In this document: positions 63,701 to 64,000 of the stretch, in pieces | Layout: each line of letters opens with the position of its first letter | How positions within the stretch are numbered: the first letter of the stretch is position 1 | Virus record (IMG/VR): IMGVR_UViG_3300038463_000401 | DNA from: a virus | Length of the DNA: 64,000 nt | Strand: one strand, 5' to 3' | Position numbers and translations under genes: made by a program | Notes under the pieces: generated by a model | The model's database searches: none | Told to the model about the DNA's origin: nothing | Seen by the model: only the letters and a program-made list of their open reading frames with translations

Positions 63701-64000
63701 ATGAAACCATTCTTGATAGCTCTGCTAACAGCCCTGTTCGCTTCGCAAGCGCAGGCGCAAAGCTTGCAGAAGGGCCATACTACCGAGCTCCTGCACGAAA
63801 GCGCGGAAGCCCCTATCGGCGTTATCGTCGGCACGCAGCTGAACAACGTCATCCATGACATTGGGTTGACAGTTGACCAGCCTGGGAGGCTATCTCAGAC
63901 CTGGCCGACGGCCGACGCAGTGCTGCATATCCGCGCGCCGCAAACCACCGCCGGGGATACCTCGGCGCGCTCTGTCGCGGCAACTAACAACTTGGTGCCT
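63701..64000 (+). CDS. protein with apparent Sec signal peptide, runs off the window edge
   Basis: Hand translation MKPFLIALLTALFASQAQA.. after GAGGGG SD; open to base 64000. Confidence 0.65.
   Translation, partial: MKPFLIALLTALFASQAQAQSLQKGHTTELLHESAEAPIGVIVGTQLNNVIHDIGLTVDQPGRLSQTWPTADAVLHIRAPQTTAGDTSARSVAATNNLVP

Noticed and set aside
1-64000. tRNA, rRNA, CRISPR array, integrase, DGR, stop-codon reassignment
   Set aside because: No T-arm/cloverleaf, spacer array, recombinase or reverse transcriptase motifs seen by eye; long genes are intact under code 11. A tRNAscan run would be needed to exclude tRNAs fully

Overview
A 64-kb internal segment of a large tailed dsDNA phage with a contractile-tail-type (myovirus-like) baseplate; GC looks roughly 55-60% by eye. 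I found no integrase, capsid, terminase, sheath, tube, tRNA, rRNA or CRISPR array. Bases 1-35166 are almost entirely minus strand. They hold dense small accessory genes plus replication and recombination functions: a PD-(D/E)XK exonuclease (truncated at the window edge), a bacterial-type beta clamp, a dNMP kinase, a Gp3/RDF-like protein, a HAD phosphatase, an SMC/SbcC-like ATPase, an AEP primase-helicase fusion, an SNF2 helicase and two free-standing HNH endonucleases. This arm also has an amidase endolysin, a 45-repeat pentapeptide protein, an AT-rich palindromic origin candidate (~21.0-21.3 kb) and an early cassette of lipoproteins and membrane peptides. It is punctuated by a repeated GGTATAAG promoter-like motif, UUCG-type hairpins and an extended GGAGAACAC ribosome-binding motif. 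Bases 35212-64000 are a plus-strand tail operon: chaperone with an A-AAA-AAG -1 frameshift, tape measure, lysozyme-like protein, hub, an embedded sigma factor, wedge proteins and fibre-like proteins. The two most unusual items are (i) a three-gene insert between baseplate genes (49654-51678) whose products share a KKA-F(W/F)xGF(D/S/E)KxA motif and carry a 4-Cys HiPIP-like domain, a WYL domain and glycine-zipper helices, and (ii) fibre-region genes with apparent Sec signal peptides (61711 onward). The host is tentatively Bdellovibrionota or Myxococcota (weak inference). All family assignments come from motif recognition by eye; no database search was run.
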